Numbered from the stretch's first letter, positions 26,001-35,571 are shown. The stretch: DNA of 50,672 bases from an uncultured Collinsella sp. (GCA_900552995.1 USBX01000001.1:1-50672); one strand, 5' to 3'. Made by a program: numbers and translations. The notes: generated by a model from the letters alone, not told the origin.

Positions 26001-29000
26001 TTACATCTGCTCGCGGCGCTTCTTTTGATCGAGGAAGACGCCGGCCGCCACGAGGATGGTACCGCCGATGGCGAACGTCTCGCCGATGAGTCCCGCGCGG
26101 TCACCGGTCTGGGCGAGGCTGCCGGGCTGGGCGGTATCCGTGCCGGCGAGGTGCTTCGGGGTGTATGCCGCCTGCTGCTTTGCCGCCTCCTCTGCCTCCT
26201 GTCGTGCGATCTCATCGGAAAGCTTCTGCTCCGCTGCGATGCGGTCGGACTTCGCCAACTCGTAGGCGGCGAGTGCCGCATCATAGCCAGACTGGAGCCC
26301 GTCTACCGCGGCCTGCTTCTCGTCCAGGATTGCCTTTGCGGGCGCGATCTTGGCACGTGCCTCGACGGCGGCGGCGAAAAGCGCGTTGAGGACGTCATCC
26401 GCGTTCGCGTCATGGCCGGAAGCAATCGCCGCGTCGGCGTCGATGGAGTTCAGCTTCGCCAGCTTGGCGTCTGCCTGCGCCTTCGCCTGCTCGGCGGCGG
26501 AGACCAGGGACTCGGCGGCGGCGGTATCCGCCTTCGCGGCATCGAGGGCGGCCTTGGTGTCATTGACGGCCTTTACTGCATCCTGCTCGCGCTGCTGTGC
26601 CTCTGCGAGCTTCGCGGCAAGACCGGTGAGGATGTCGAGGTTCGACTGTGCGTCCTCGAGATCGGTCTGGGAGCCGGTAAGCCTGTCGGCGGCAACGCCG
26701 GTGTCGGCCTTTGCGGCATCGACGGCACGCTGGGCATCCGCGAGGGCGCGTGCGGTGGCGTCCGCCTTTTGCTCGGCGGCGGCGAGGACGGTCGCCTTCT
26801 CGACCTGATCGGCTACCGCCGCGTCATGGACGCTCTTTGCTGTATCGACCGCCTTCTTGGCGTCGGCGACGTCCTGGAAGAACTTCGCGAGGTCGGCGTT
26901 CGCATCGTCCACGCCCTGCTGCTTAGCAGCGGTGTCCGCCTTGGCGGAATCCAACTTAGACTGTGCGGTCATTACGGCTGCGTTGGCAGCATCAAAGGCG
27001 ACCTGCTTCTGCTGGACGGTCGACTTTGCCGTATCGACTGCCGCGTTGGCGGCATCGAGGTCCGATTTCGCCGCATCAAGCTCGGTCTGGGCATCCGTGA
27101 CGCCCTGCTGCTTGGCGGCGACATCAGCCTTGGTGGCATCGACGGCACGCTGGGCATCGGCAACACCCTGCTTTGCGGCATCGACACCTGCCTGTGCGGA
27201 ATCCACCGCGACCTGCTTCTGCTGGACGGTTGTGGCGGCGCCGGCGGCTGCCTGCTTCTTGGATGCGAGATCGGCCTTGGCTGCGTCGAGTGCGCTCTTG
27301 GCGTTCTTAAGGCCGTTGATATAGGAGGTCAGCTTCTGCTCGTACTCGTCGACGGACATGGGGTTCATGTTCCAACCGGAGCCTGCCCAACCCAGGTTTG
27401 CGGTATCGAAGCTGTCGGTCTTCCAGCCGTTCATGGTTCCCTTGCTGCAGACCGCCATGCCCATATAGCCGATTTCAGGGCTGATGACATGCAGGTAATG
27501 ACCGACGGTTGCGGGATATCCGGCAACCTTAAAATGCTGATTGACATAGGATTCAATCCCACTATGCGACTTGTAGAAGTCTGTGGCATCCTTACCGATT
27601 AGACCGGTGACGCCATAGAGCTCCTGAACCGCCTGATCGAAGAAAGCTTTTTCTTGGTCCACCCACTGCGGTTTCGGATCGGTTCCATAGTTCCATGCGA
27701 GGTTTTCGCCCGTATCAAACTGCATGGAATGCCCAAACTTGACATCGGAATAGTTCGCGTTGGCAATCGCCGCCGCAATGAGCTTGTACGTGACTTGGAG
27801 CTCAGAGAGACCGACGGACTTGCGATACTCGTTGATGGACTTCATGTACGGGATTGCCGCGAGCATGTTGTCGAGACTAGTCGCGTCGAGGCTGTTCCCC
27901 ACCTCGGTGTAGTCCTTGTATGTGCAGTTCTGGATGATCTCGATGGCTGAATCGGCACCCATGGCACGGAAGAAACCGATGGCCCCCTGCTTGAGTTGCG
28001 CGCCGGCTGAATCGAGTTTCGCCTGAGCCTCGTCGACTTTCTGCTGCGCGGCGGTCACGGCGGCGTCTGCGGTGTCCTTTGCGGTCTTGGCGTTCGCGAG
28101 CTCTACATCGGCGGCTGCCTTGGCGGACTCGGCGTCCTTGACAGCCTGCTTCGCGGCATCCAGCTTGGCGACGGCGTCTGCATTCGCCTGCTTGGCCGCA
28201 TCGAGGTCGGCGTTCGCGGCATCGAGGGCGGACTGGGCGGCGTTCACACCGGATTCGGCATCGGCCGCGGCCTGCTGCTTCGCGGAGAGGGACGCCTGGG
28301 CATCATTCAGCTCGGTCTGCGCCGTTGCTGCGGCGGATTGCGCCTGCTCGAGCTCGGACTCGCACTGGGACTGTGTCGCTTGTGCGGCAGCGAGGGCTGC
28401 CTCCGCGTCCGCGACCTTCTGTTTTGCCGCATCGTACTCCGGGCCGCTCGCGCCTGCCTCCGCTGCGGCGAGGTCTGCTTTCGCCTTCTCGTAGGCGGCG
28501 CTGGCGGCTGCGGCCTTCGCATCCGCCGCGTCCTTGTTCTGCTGGGCTGCGGCGAGGACGGCATCGGCGGAATCCTTTGCAGACTGGGCCGCAACCAGCT
28601 TGGACTGGGCATCGGCAAGCGTCGCGTTGGCGTTGGCGAGATTGGCCTGTGCCCTGTCCACGGCAGCCTGGGCGTCGCGCACGGCCTGCTCGGCGGCACT
28701 GATTGCCTCCGGGGTGGCGCTTACGGCATCGGCCTTGGCTTTATCGAGGGCGTCCTTTGCAGACTGGGCCGCCTTGATGGCGGACTGGTACGCTTCGTCC
28801 TTCTCGGATGCATCCGCCTTGGCGTCTGCGAGACCCGCCTTCGCCTGCTCGAGGTCCTTGCCGGCGGCATCGGCGGCGTCCTTGCCCTCCGCGACCTGAC
28901 GGGCGTACTCGTCCATTGCCGCTCGGTCGGCTGCCGTACCGGCATTGACTGCAGAATCGTAGGATGCCTTGGCCTGGTCGCGGGCGGAAGCCGCCTCGTT

Positions 29001-29351
29001 GTAGGGACCGGCGGCCTCATCGTAGGATGCCTTGGCGGCGTCCTCCTTCGCCTTCGCCTCGTCGACTGCCTTCTGCAGGTCCGCGATGGTCTGTGCGGCG
29101 GATTTCGCGCCGGTACCGGATGCCGCGCCGGCGTGGGCGGCGATCGGCGACATCACGGCGGGGTGCTGCGTGCCCCCGTCACCGGTCTGGGCGAATGCCG
29201 TGAACGGTGAGATGAGGCTCGATCCGGTCATGGCGGCCATGGTCGCCGCGGTGACGGTCAGACGCGCGATCCCCTTCGGAGTGTGAATCTTTTTGTTTGG
29301 CAGTGCGGCGAAGTGATCGCCACCGGCAGCGAAGTGCTTTCCCTGGGTCAT
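26001..29351 (-). CDS. Sortase-anchored coiled-coil surface protein with central CAP/SCP domain
   Basis: Signal peptide, Ala-rich heptads, INEYRKSVGLSEL...GENLAW...GHY CAP motifs, LAQTG + TM + basic tail. Confidence 0.88.
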   Translation of the reverse strand: MTQGKHFAAGGDHFAALPNKKIHTPKGIARLTVTAATMAAMTGSSLISPFTAFAQTGDGGTQHPAVMSPIAAHAGAASGTGAKSAAQTIADLQKAVDEAKAKEDAAKASYDEAAGPYNEAASARDQAKASYDSAVNAGTAADRAAMDEYARQVAEGKDAADAAGKDLEQAKAGLADAKADASEKDEAYQSAIKAAQSAKDALDKAKADAVSATPEAISAAEQAVRDAQAAVDRAQANLANANATLADAQSKLVAAQSAKDSADAVLAAAQQNKDAADAKAAAASAAYEKAKADLAAAEAGASGPEYDAAKQKVADAEAALAAAQATQSQCESELEQAQSAAATAQTELNDAQASLSAKQQAAADAESGVNAAQSALDAANADLDAAKQANADAVAKLDAAKQAVKDAESAKAAADVELANAKTAKDTADAAVTAAQQKVDEAQAKLDSAGAQLKQGAIGFFRAMGADSAIEIIQNCTYKDYTEVGNSLDATSLDNMLAAIPYMKSINEYRKSVGLSELQVTYKLIAAAIANANYSDVKFGHSMQFDTGENLAWNYGTDPKPQWVDQEKAFFDQAVQELYGVTGLIGKDATDFYKSHSGIESYVNQHFKVAGYPATVGHYLHVISPEIGYMGMAVCSKGTMNGWKTDSFDTANLGWAGSGWNMNPMSVDEYEQKLTSYINGLKNAKSALDAAKADLASKKQAAAGAATTVQQKQVAVDSAQAGVDAAKQGVADAQRAVDATKADVAAKQQGVTDAQTELDAAKSDLDAANAAVDTAKSTVQQKQVAFDAANAAVMTAQSKLDSAKADTAAKQQGVDDANADLAKFFQDVADAKKAVDTAKSVHDAAVADQVEKATVLAAAEQKADATARALADAQRAVDAAKADTGVAADRLTGSQTDLEDAQSNLDILTGLAAKLAEAQQREQDAVKAVNDTKAALDAAKADTAAAESLVSAAEQAKAQADAKLAKLNSIDADAAIASGHDANADDVLNALFAAAVEARAKIAPAKAILDEKQAAVDGLQSGYDAALAAYELAKSDRIAAEQKLSDEIARQEAEEAAKQQAAYTPKHLAGTDTAQPGSLAQTGDRAGLIGETFAIGGTILVAAGVFLDQKKRREQM

Positions 29352-29490
29352 TGTGCTGTTCCATTCCTTTTCCGTGCCCTATCCGACTGGGCATCAGAGC
29401 GCTTTCCAATAGAGATAATTATGCGCCTTAACTGGGATTGTTGTATATAGTCCGTTGGCTTTTATACAACAATCCATGACTCTTTTTGTC

Positions 29491-29709
29491 ATGGATACGA
29501 CGCTTCAGAAATCATTCGGCATGAGATGCAAAGAGCTCCGCGCTGGACTCGGGTGCAGTCAGGAGCAGTTCGCCAATTTGATTGAAATGGATCGTTCCTA
29601 CTACGCGAGCATTGAAGTCGGGCGGCGTAATGTCAACCTTTCAAATCTCAAGAAGATTGCCGACGGATTTCAAATCAGCATTGCTGAACTCATGAGAGGC
29701 GTCAGCTAA
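29491..29709 (+). CDS. XRE/HTH_3 transcriptional regulator
   Basis: FGMRCKELRAGLGCSQEQFA...IEVGRRNVNL; palindrome atccatgac-N7-gtcatggat spans the start. Confidence 0.85.
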   Translation: MDTTLQKSFGMRCKELRAGLGCSQEQFANLIEMDRSYYASIEVGRRNVNLSNLKKIADGFQISIAELMRGVS

Positions 29710-29767
29710 ATTTATCCGTCTCATAGTTCACAGTGGGTCTCGTTGATTAGTGCCTTAAGAAAATGGA

Positions 29768-29859
29768 AATCGTCCCAACGAGCTATCGTCAATCGTCCCA
29801 ATAAATTACCGTCAATCGTCCCAATAAGTCATCGTTATTTGTCCCAACGACGCAGATAG
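29768..29859 (+). repeat. 4 x 23-bp-period repeats (AATCGTCCCAA)
   Basis: GTCCCAA at 29772, 29795, 29818 and 29841; TATAAT at 29864. Confidence 0.88.
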
Positions 29860-29897
29860 ACAGTATAATTTCAAGTGGATGATTGGAGGGAAAGGCG

Positions 29898-31163
29898 ATG
29901 GATAGGTATATAGGACGGTGCGTCGACTGCTTGGTCGAGCGCGACCTTGGCATTTTCGGTGCCGTGCTCATTCAGGGGCCGAAATGGTGTGGAAAGACAA
30001 CGACAGCCCAGAGATTTGCCGAGTCATCGTTATCTCTCTCCGACCCATCTGGCGGTTTTGCGGCCCTCCAGCTCGCTCGTCTCGATCCGGCCCAGGCAAT
30101 TGTCGGACCGACCCCGAGGCTTGTCGACGAATGGCAGGAGGAACCGAAGCTATGGGATGCCGTGCGATTCGAATGCGATGCCAGGGGAGGGGAGCCCGGA
30201 CAGTTCATTCTCACCGGATCTGCGACGCCGCGAGCCGAGAACCAGCCGATGCACAGCGGTGTGGGTCGAATCGCCCGTTTGCGGATGGATACCATGACGC
30301 TTTTCGAGCTCGGCATTTCGTCGGGAGCGGTCTCGCTTGGGGCGCTGCTCGCCGGCGATCCCGTTGCGGCGTCACTCGGATCCATCGCCGGTATCGCCGG
30401 TATCGCGGATTTGCTCTGCCGCGGCGGTTGGCCCCAAGCGGTCGGTAAGACGACTGCCGACGCGATGCGGATAGCCGCCGCCTATATTGACGGTGTTTGC
30501 GAGTCTGACGTTTCGAGGGCGGATGGAGTGAAACGCGACCCGGTTAAGGTAAGGGCCTTGCTCTCCTCGCTTGCGCGCAATGAATCGACCCTCGCCGGGA
30601 TGAAGTCCATCGAAAGGGATTTGGGCGTTGACGTCTCAAAGAATACGATTACCGGTTACATGGACGCGCTGCGCCGTATCAATATCGTCGACGATGTCCC
30701 CGCGTGGCATCCGGCTCTCAGGTCGCCGGTGAAGCTGCGGCAGGGCGCGAAGCGGCACCTTGCGGACCCATCGCTCGCCGTCGCCCTCATCGGCGCGGAC
30801 CCGGAGTCGTTGTCATCCGATCCGAAGACCCTTGGCTTGCTCTTCGAATCCCTTGTGCTGCACGATCTCAAGGTTTACGCGGCGGCCAGCGATGCGACCG
30901 TATCCCACTACCACGACGCTGACGACCTAGAGGTCGACGCGATTGTCCATCGCCGTGACGGCTCGTGGGTTGCCGTTGAGGTCAAGCTCGGGAGCCCCCA
31001 AGTCCCAGAGGCAGTGGAAAATCTGCTTCGACTCGAGCGAAAGCTGGTCGATCGCGGGGAGAGGCCGCCTGCGGCGAAACTCATCGTCATCGGGTTTGGT
31101 ATGCCGGCTCACGTAACTAGCGAAGGCATCGTTGTTGCTCCGGTCGATACGCTCGGAATCTAA
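29898..31163 (+). CDS. AAA_14/DUF4143-type ATP-binding protein (paralog of 8987-10264)
   Basis: GPKWCGKT, VDEWQ, ADPSLA and LEVD...VEVK motifs. Confidence 0.9.
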   Translation: MDRYIGRCVDCLVERDLGIFGAVLIQGPKWCGKTTTAQRFAESSLSLSDPSGGFAALQLARLDPAQAIVGPTPRLVDEWQEEPKLWDAVRFECDARGGEPGQFILTGSATPRAENQPMHSGVGRIARLRMDTMTLFELGISSGAVSLGALLAGDPVAASLGSIAGIAGIADLLCRGGWPQAVGKTTADAMRIAAAYIDGVCESDVSRADGVKRDPVKVRALLSSLARNESTLAGMKSIERDLGVDVSKNTITGYMDALRRINIVDDVPAWHPALRSPVKLRQGAKRHLADPSLAVALIGADPESLSSDPKTLGLLFESLVLHDLKVYAAASDATVSHYHDADDLEVDAIVHRRDGSWVAVEVKLGSPQVPEAVENLLRLERKLVDRGERPPAAKLIVIGFGMPAHVTSEGIVVAPVDTLGI

Positions 31164-31174
31164 AGCTATTTGCA

Positions 31175-31217
31175 TTTCCAGAAATCCTCTAGAAGGTGCC
31201 TGGAGGATTTCTGGAAA
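31175..31217. repeat. Inverted repeat with 4 x YCYRGA at 11-bp period
   Basis: 18-bp arms with one mismatch; similar to 17086-17126. Confidence 0.75.
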
Positions 31218-31238
31218 CAACCGGTATTTTGATCTGGG

Positions 31239-31700
31239 CTAAGAAAGGTTGCGGGTCCAAATTCCGTGCTGCGTGGAGCCGGTGATTTTGTTCAGGAACT
31301 CGCGCTGCTCCTCGGTTGCGAGGATGTAGGTAGAGCAGCCACTGAGCATCTGGTCGACGTCTGTGATTCCGGACGCCTCCCATCCCAAGATGCTGACGGC
31401 CTTGAGCGTCAGGCAGTTGAGGAACATGTAGGACGTGTTCTCGACGTTCGAGGCGTCAAGACGGTCGAGATCAAAAAGCTCCGTGACGCTTGAGCATCCC
31501 CTGAACATGCCCTCCAGGGTCGTGCAATCCGATGTATCGAGTTTCGATAGGTCGATTGGGTCAGACCGTCGAACAGGTATCTACCGCTCTCTGGATCCCA
31601 GGTATCCAGGACAACGACCTCACGGATTCGATTCCTGTAGGAATACCACGGTTGCTTTCCGCATTCGTCCGTGTGTGTACGGATGAATGCGGGGTTCGAT
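31239..31700 (-). pseudogene. BspA/DUF285-like LRR protein fragment, frameshifted
   Basis: PWYSYRNRIREVVV...YLFDGL in one frame; DLSKLDTSDCTTLEGMFRGCSS...YMFLNC in another. Confidence 0.7.
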
Positions 31701-31736
31701 ACCCCGGCGGCCTGATCGGCAGGCCGACGGGAACTC

Positions 31737-32165
31737 TCACTCCTCGATAAAAGCCGGCGCTCGGTTAGTTCTGCGCATCTTGAAATCGTCAGTTTCGTGG
31801 GAGACGTAGAGGATGCCGTCCATCCCATCTCGCGATGCATATGAAAGGTGAACAGAACCGCAATCCGCTCCATCATTGTCGAGAAGATCGAACGAATTCG
31901 GATCGCTCGTTGCGGCCAAACGACCACTCAGACAAGAGCCATCGTCATTACAGATTTGCCATTCCATGTCTTCGCCTGCAGGAATCGCCATAGACGTCCT
32001 GGTCGCGCCATCGTTGACATACATCCCGTCTATGCCAAAACCGTTTTCAGCGCCATCAATAAACGATTGCTCGGACCTATACTTCGCAAATGATGCACAT
32101 AGCACCATTGCAAGACAAAGTGCAAAGCCAACAATAACGATCTTTACGTAGCTCTTGGCTGTCAT
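31737..32165 (-). CDS. Hypothetical exported protein
   Basis: N-terminal TM segment; GAGGGA RBS. Confidence 0.7.
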   Translation of the reverse strand: MTAKSYVKIVIVGFALCLAMVLCASFAKYRSEQSFIDGAENGFGIDGMYVNDGATRTSMAIPAGEDMEWQICNDDGSCLSGRLAATSDPNSFDLLDNDGADCGSVHLSYASRDGMDGILYVSHETDDFKMRRTNRAPAFIEE

Positions 32166-32474
32166 GCCATCCCTCTTTTCGCTTGCCTAAAGAAATGCGG
32201 AAGAAGCTGTTCGTCGCGGCTTGTTTGTACGCCTTTCTGCCCCGGTTCGGTTGCTTAGGTTACTTGAGAGATCCTATATATGATGATTACCCATATGCGT
32301 AATATGAATTTCGAACATGTCGAAATCAATCAATGGTTGCGGGAGTTTCCGACCTCAGCGAAATGCCGCCCTATACCCACAGAATCAGACGGGTTTGACA
32401 TGTGCTAATGGACGCCAATGGCACTTGGTCGGCAACGGTCTTAGCCCATCGGCCCCAACAGTGTCTCCTTCTGT

Positions 32475-32576
32475 CGCGCCGCGGGCCAGGAGCACGGCGG
32501 TGGCGCCGTGCCGCGGCAGCTGGACGACCGCGTCGTCGACCGTGGCGATTACACTCGCGACGGCACGCCTCGCTAG
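32475..32576 (+). pseudogene. Relic of a relaxase 3' end
   Basis: RAAGQEHGGGAVPRQLDDRVVDRGDYTRDGTPR* versus the relaxase end RAAGQAHSGSAVLRQMDDRVVDRGDYARGDTPR*. Confidence 0.85.
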
Positions 32577-32685
32577 TTTGCCTCGCCCTATTGGCCCCAG
32601 CGCGTTGCAGTTCAATCAGCTGTTACAATTACCCACCCACAAAAAGCCCATCTAGCAGGTGCTTTGCTGTTATAGAGTCCTGGAA

Positions 32686-32752
32686 AGAAAGGGCCGAACC
32701 GAAGTGTCTGGCCGAACGCCAATTGTCTGGGAACTGCTTCGGATTCGACCCT
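32686..32752 (+). repeat. ~67-nt hairpin element, copy 2
   Basis: Near-identical to 14061-14126; followed by a T-rich tail. Confidence 0.85.
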
Positions 32753-32932
32753 CTTTTACTTTTGCCCACTCGGTGGACTTCGGGCTTAATGCTTAGGGGC
32801 GGGGATTTACCAAAGTGAAATTTCAATGGAAAGAAACCCAGCTGCAACAATTGCCCTGGTGAGGGACCGAATTGGCCATATAGATCTAAAATAGTCACGA
32901 TATACAAATGTCGAGAGACGTTGGGGATATAG

Positions 32933-33442
32933 ATGAAAAGAACTAAGGGTTTTCTTTTGTTGGTAATGATGCTGCTCGGACTGTTCTGCCTGGGTGGCCC
33001 TTCTTGGGCCGAGGCTGCCTGTCCTGAAGGTGAGCCTCAGCAGTCTTATACGGGCAGCCTGCTGATAACTGCTAAGGAGGGCGATGCCGACTCTCAGTCT
33101 GGGGTAAATCCCCTTGCCACTTTTGAGGGGGACGGCGGAACGGTCAAGCTTGACCATATTGGTAGCGGGATTTTGAGGTGGCAAGTTCTTCCGGACAAAA
33201 TTGCGAACGATCCCTTCTCTTTTGCTGGAACGATATATCTATACAAGGTTGTGAGCGGAAAACAAAAATACGTCGATTGCTATCCGACAAACGGGTCTGG
33301 AATTGCATTCACCGGCATTTCGGGGCAGATTGATACACATGTACGAAAGGGAACCTATGTGGTGCGTTGGGTTGGAGCTGCTGCAGGCCCGATATGGCTT
33401 GCGGTCTTGCGCCCCGATGTCCAAATAGGTTTCTCTCTCTAG
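32933..33442 (+). CDS. Secreted hypothetical protein
   Basis: Sec signal peptide (MKRTK...AEA); beta-rich. Confidence 0.75.
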   Translation: MKRTKGFLLLVMMLLGLFCLGGPSWAEAACPEGEPQQSYTGSLLITAKEGDADSQSGVNPLATFEGDGGTVKLDHIGSGILRWQVLPDKIANDPFSFAGTIYLYKVVSGKQKYVDCYPTNGSGIAFTGISGQIDTHVRKGTYVVRWVGAAAGPIWLAVLRPDVQIGFSL

Positions 33443-33456
33443 ACGGGAAGTTGCTC

Positions 33457-33822
33457 ATGGACGTCATATATGACGGAGATGACTGGGTCGATCATTATAC
33501 TTGGCGCCTGGTCGGCTCGGATGACAATGGGGATGTGGTGTTTGATGGACTATGTCCAAAGCATCTCCATCCTTTTGTCTCGTCGTTAATTGAGAGTTCC
33601 GCTCGTGTTGCCCCCTACAGCTCGGCATCGCTTCATGATACGGACGTTTTGAAGACCATAAGGGAATCAATTGACGAGGGCACGATGAGCGGCCCGCTGT
33701 TTTCTCGGCTTGTGGGGCTAGATGAGATTGGCTCGAAACGACTGCTTGCGGGCGAAAAGGTGGAACTCACTTATCGGTCGATGATTTCAATCCTGCGGCT
33801 AGCCGATGTTCTTCGCAAATAA
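33457..33822 (+). CDS. Hypothetical protein
   Basis: ATG 14 nt after the upstream stop; ends inside the 55-bp repeat. Confidence 0.65.
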   Translation: MDVIYDGDDWVDHYTWRLVGSDDNGDVVFDGLCPKHLHPFVSSLIESSARVAPYSSASLHDTDVLKTIRESIDEGTMSGPLFSRLVGLDEIGSKRLLAGEKVELTYRSMISILRLADVLRK

Positions 33823-33833
33823 ATGAGGCTTCC
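33779..33833 (+). repeat. 55-bp direct repeat, copy 2 / element-chromosome junction
   Basis: Identical to 1-55. Confidence 0.97.
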
Positions 33834-33849
33834 CTATTCAAAAACCGAA

Positions 33850-33924
33850 AACCCCGCCAAACGTGATTCCCCTAGGGAAAGCACGTTTGGCGGGGTCCCA
33901 GCGTGATTCCCTTAGGGAAATCAC
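33850..33924. repeat. REP-like double hairpin / terminator
   Basis: accccgccaaacgtg...cacgtttggcggggt and gtgattcccttagggaaatcac. Confidence 0.65.
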
Positions 33925-33957
33925 ACCATCAGACGAACAGCCCAGCCGAGCAGTTCG

Positions 33958-34431
33958 CTACTCCTCCCAGTAAGCATCTGCAAGCAGCTTAAAGCAGATC
34001 TTCTTGACCGGCTGTGCGCCATCGCCCGGGAACTCGAGCGTGGGCATGTGAGGCTCGCCGGCAACAAACAGCGCAAACTTGTCGTCAGCAAGATCGCCGG
34101 CGATCGAGGCGTCGGAATCGACTAGATCGTAGTCGTCCTTCTCGTCAAACTCCTGGACCAGCGTCAGGCTACCCGTAGCGACCTTAAAGGCCTCGCGACC
34201 CTCGACGTCAATCTGCAGGTCGTGATAGCGCTGATGCGTCTCATAGTGAGCCTCGGCCTCGGAGCGCGTCGTGGGAGCCATGACGTTCGCAAAGACCTTG
34301 TCGCCCAGAATCGGATGGCTGCCGACCTCGAGCTCCGCCGGATCGTTCTCCTCGAGCCAATCGATCAGCACGTCGAGGCCCTTGAGCATTCCGCGGTACT
34401 CCTCGATATCGCCCAGTGCACCGTAAATCAT
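33958..34431 (-). CDS. YhcH/YjgK/YiaL-family protein
   Basis: YETHQRYHDLQI, FALF..GEPHMP and VKKICFK motifs. Confidence 0.88.
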   Translation of the reverse strand: MIYGALGDIEEYRGMLKGLDVLIDWLEENDPAELEVGSHPILGDKVFANVMAPTTRSEAEAHYETHQRYHDLQIDVEGREAFKVATGSLTLVQEFDEKDDYDLVDSDASIAGDLADDKFALFVAGEPHMPTLEFPGDGAQPVKKICFKLLADAYWEE

Positions 34432-34463
34432 CTAAATCCCCTCTCGGATCGTTTCTTTGGCGG

Positions 34464-34598
34464 CTACTCGGCAAACGCGTTACCGACGCTGTTGCCACCC
34501 ACATACGTCTCGACCAGGGTAAGGGCGGGATTGAACACGACAGCATCGGCGTCGCGCCCCGGCATAATGCTACCGCACTTGTCGTCGACTCTAACCAC
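34464..34598 (-). pseudogene. Duplicated C-terminal fragment of nagA/agaA
   Basis: DDKCGSIMPGRDADAVVFNPALTLVETYVGGNSVGNAFAE* parallels the end of 37329-38498. Confidence 0.85.
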
Positions 34599-34635
34599 AA
34601 GCAAGCAACCGATGCCGAGGCCGCGGCACAAGCTC

Positions 34636-35571
34636 CTACAGCTCGGTCACGACAACGCCGTTGTAAACCTCATCCCAACGATCCATAACCAAGTGGCCGG
34701 TCATGGGATCCATGGCGTTGAGTTTGCCGCAGGTGTTGGCGGTACGCAGCACCGTCTCGTCATCCGCGCCAGCAGCAATCGCATGTGCGAAGCCGGCGAT
34801 AGTGGAGTCGCCAGAACCCGTAGCGTTAACGGCAGGAATATCGGGAGTCTTGGCGCGGAACGCACGGCCGTTATGGAAGCCCACGGAACCGGCGGCGCCC
34901 ATGGAAACGACGACCCAGGGGATATCGGAGAAGCGGGCATCAGAGGCGAGCGCGGCGCGGAGCTCGTCCACATCGTCGGTGGTAAAGCTCGTGCCCAGAA
35001 GGCCGTTGATCTCGGTCAGGTTAGGCTTAACCAGCTCGGGCTTAACTTCGGACTTAAGGGCGGCCTCAAGCGAAGCACCCGAGGTATCGAGCAGTACCTT
35101 GGCGCCGGCGTTCTCGGCAATGCCCGTGATCTTGGCATAGTAGTTCGCCTCGACGCCGCGGGGCAGCGAACCCGAGATGGTAACGACATCGGCCTTGCTC
35201 GCAAGCTCGGCGAACTTTGCGGTAAAGGCATCGAGCTCCTCGGGGGCAATCGTCGGGCCGCTCTCGAGCAGCTCGGTCTGGTTGCCGGCGTGAAGGATGT
35301 TGAGGCAAATACGAGTCTCGCCCTTGATGGGTACAAAATCATTCTTAATGCCGTTGGCGTCCATGAGCTCAGCCATGTAGGCGCCCATGTGGCCGCCGAG
35401 CAGACCGGTTGCCACAACGTCGTCGCCCAGCTGTCCCAGGACGCGGGCCACGTTGAGGCCCTTGCCGCCGGCGGTCTTTTCGGGCGTCACGCGGTTGACG
35501 TCGTCGATAATGAGCTCATCGAGCTGATAGCGCGTATCGACAGACGGGTTCATCGTAACGGTGAGGATCAT
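34636..35571 (-). CDS. lacC: Tagatose-6-phosphate kinase (1-PFK/LacC family)
   Basis: MILTVTMNPSVD, AGGKGLNVARV, KPNLTE and NATGSGD motifs; aga context. Confidence 0.88.
   Translation of the reverse strand: MILTVTMNPSVDTRYQLDELIIDDVNRVTPEKTAGGKGLNVARVLGQLGDDVVATGLLGGHMGAYMAELMDANGIKNDFVPIKGETRICLNILHAGNQTELLESGPTIAPEELDAFTAKFAELASKADVVTISGSLPRGVEANYYAKITGIAENAGAKVLLDTSGASLEAALKSEVKPELVKPNLTEINGLLGTSFTTDDVDELRAALASDARFSDIPWVVVSMGAAGSVGFHNGRAFRAKTPDIPAVNATGSGDSTIAGFAHAIAAGADDETVLRTANTCGKLNAMDPMTGHLVMDRWDEVYNGVVVTEL

Larger units (their letters stand above)
1..33833. mobile_element. Mobilizable plasmid / plasmid-like element (~33.8 kb), circularisable
   Basis: Exact 55-bp repeat at 1-55 and 33779-33833. 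Contains rep+iterons, parA/RHH, mobC/relaxase, resolvase and TA modules. No T4SS genes or tyrosine integrase seen. Confidence 0.85.

Noticed and set aside
25965..29210. Long plus-strand ORFs (25965-27602, 28338-29210)
   Set aside because: Antisense shadows of the Ala-rich surface protein gene.
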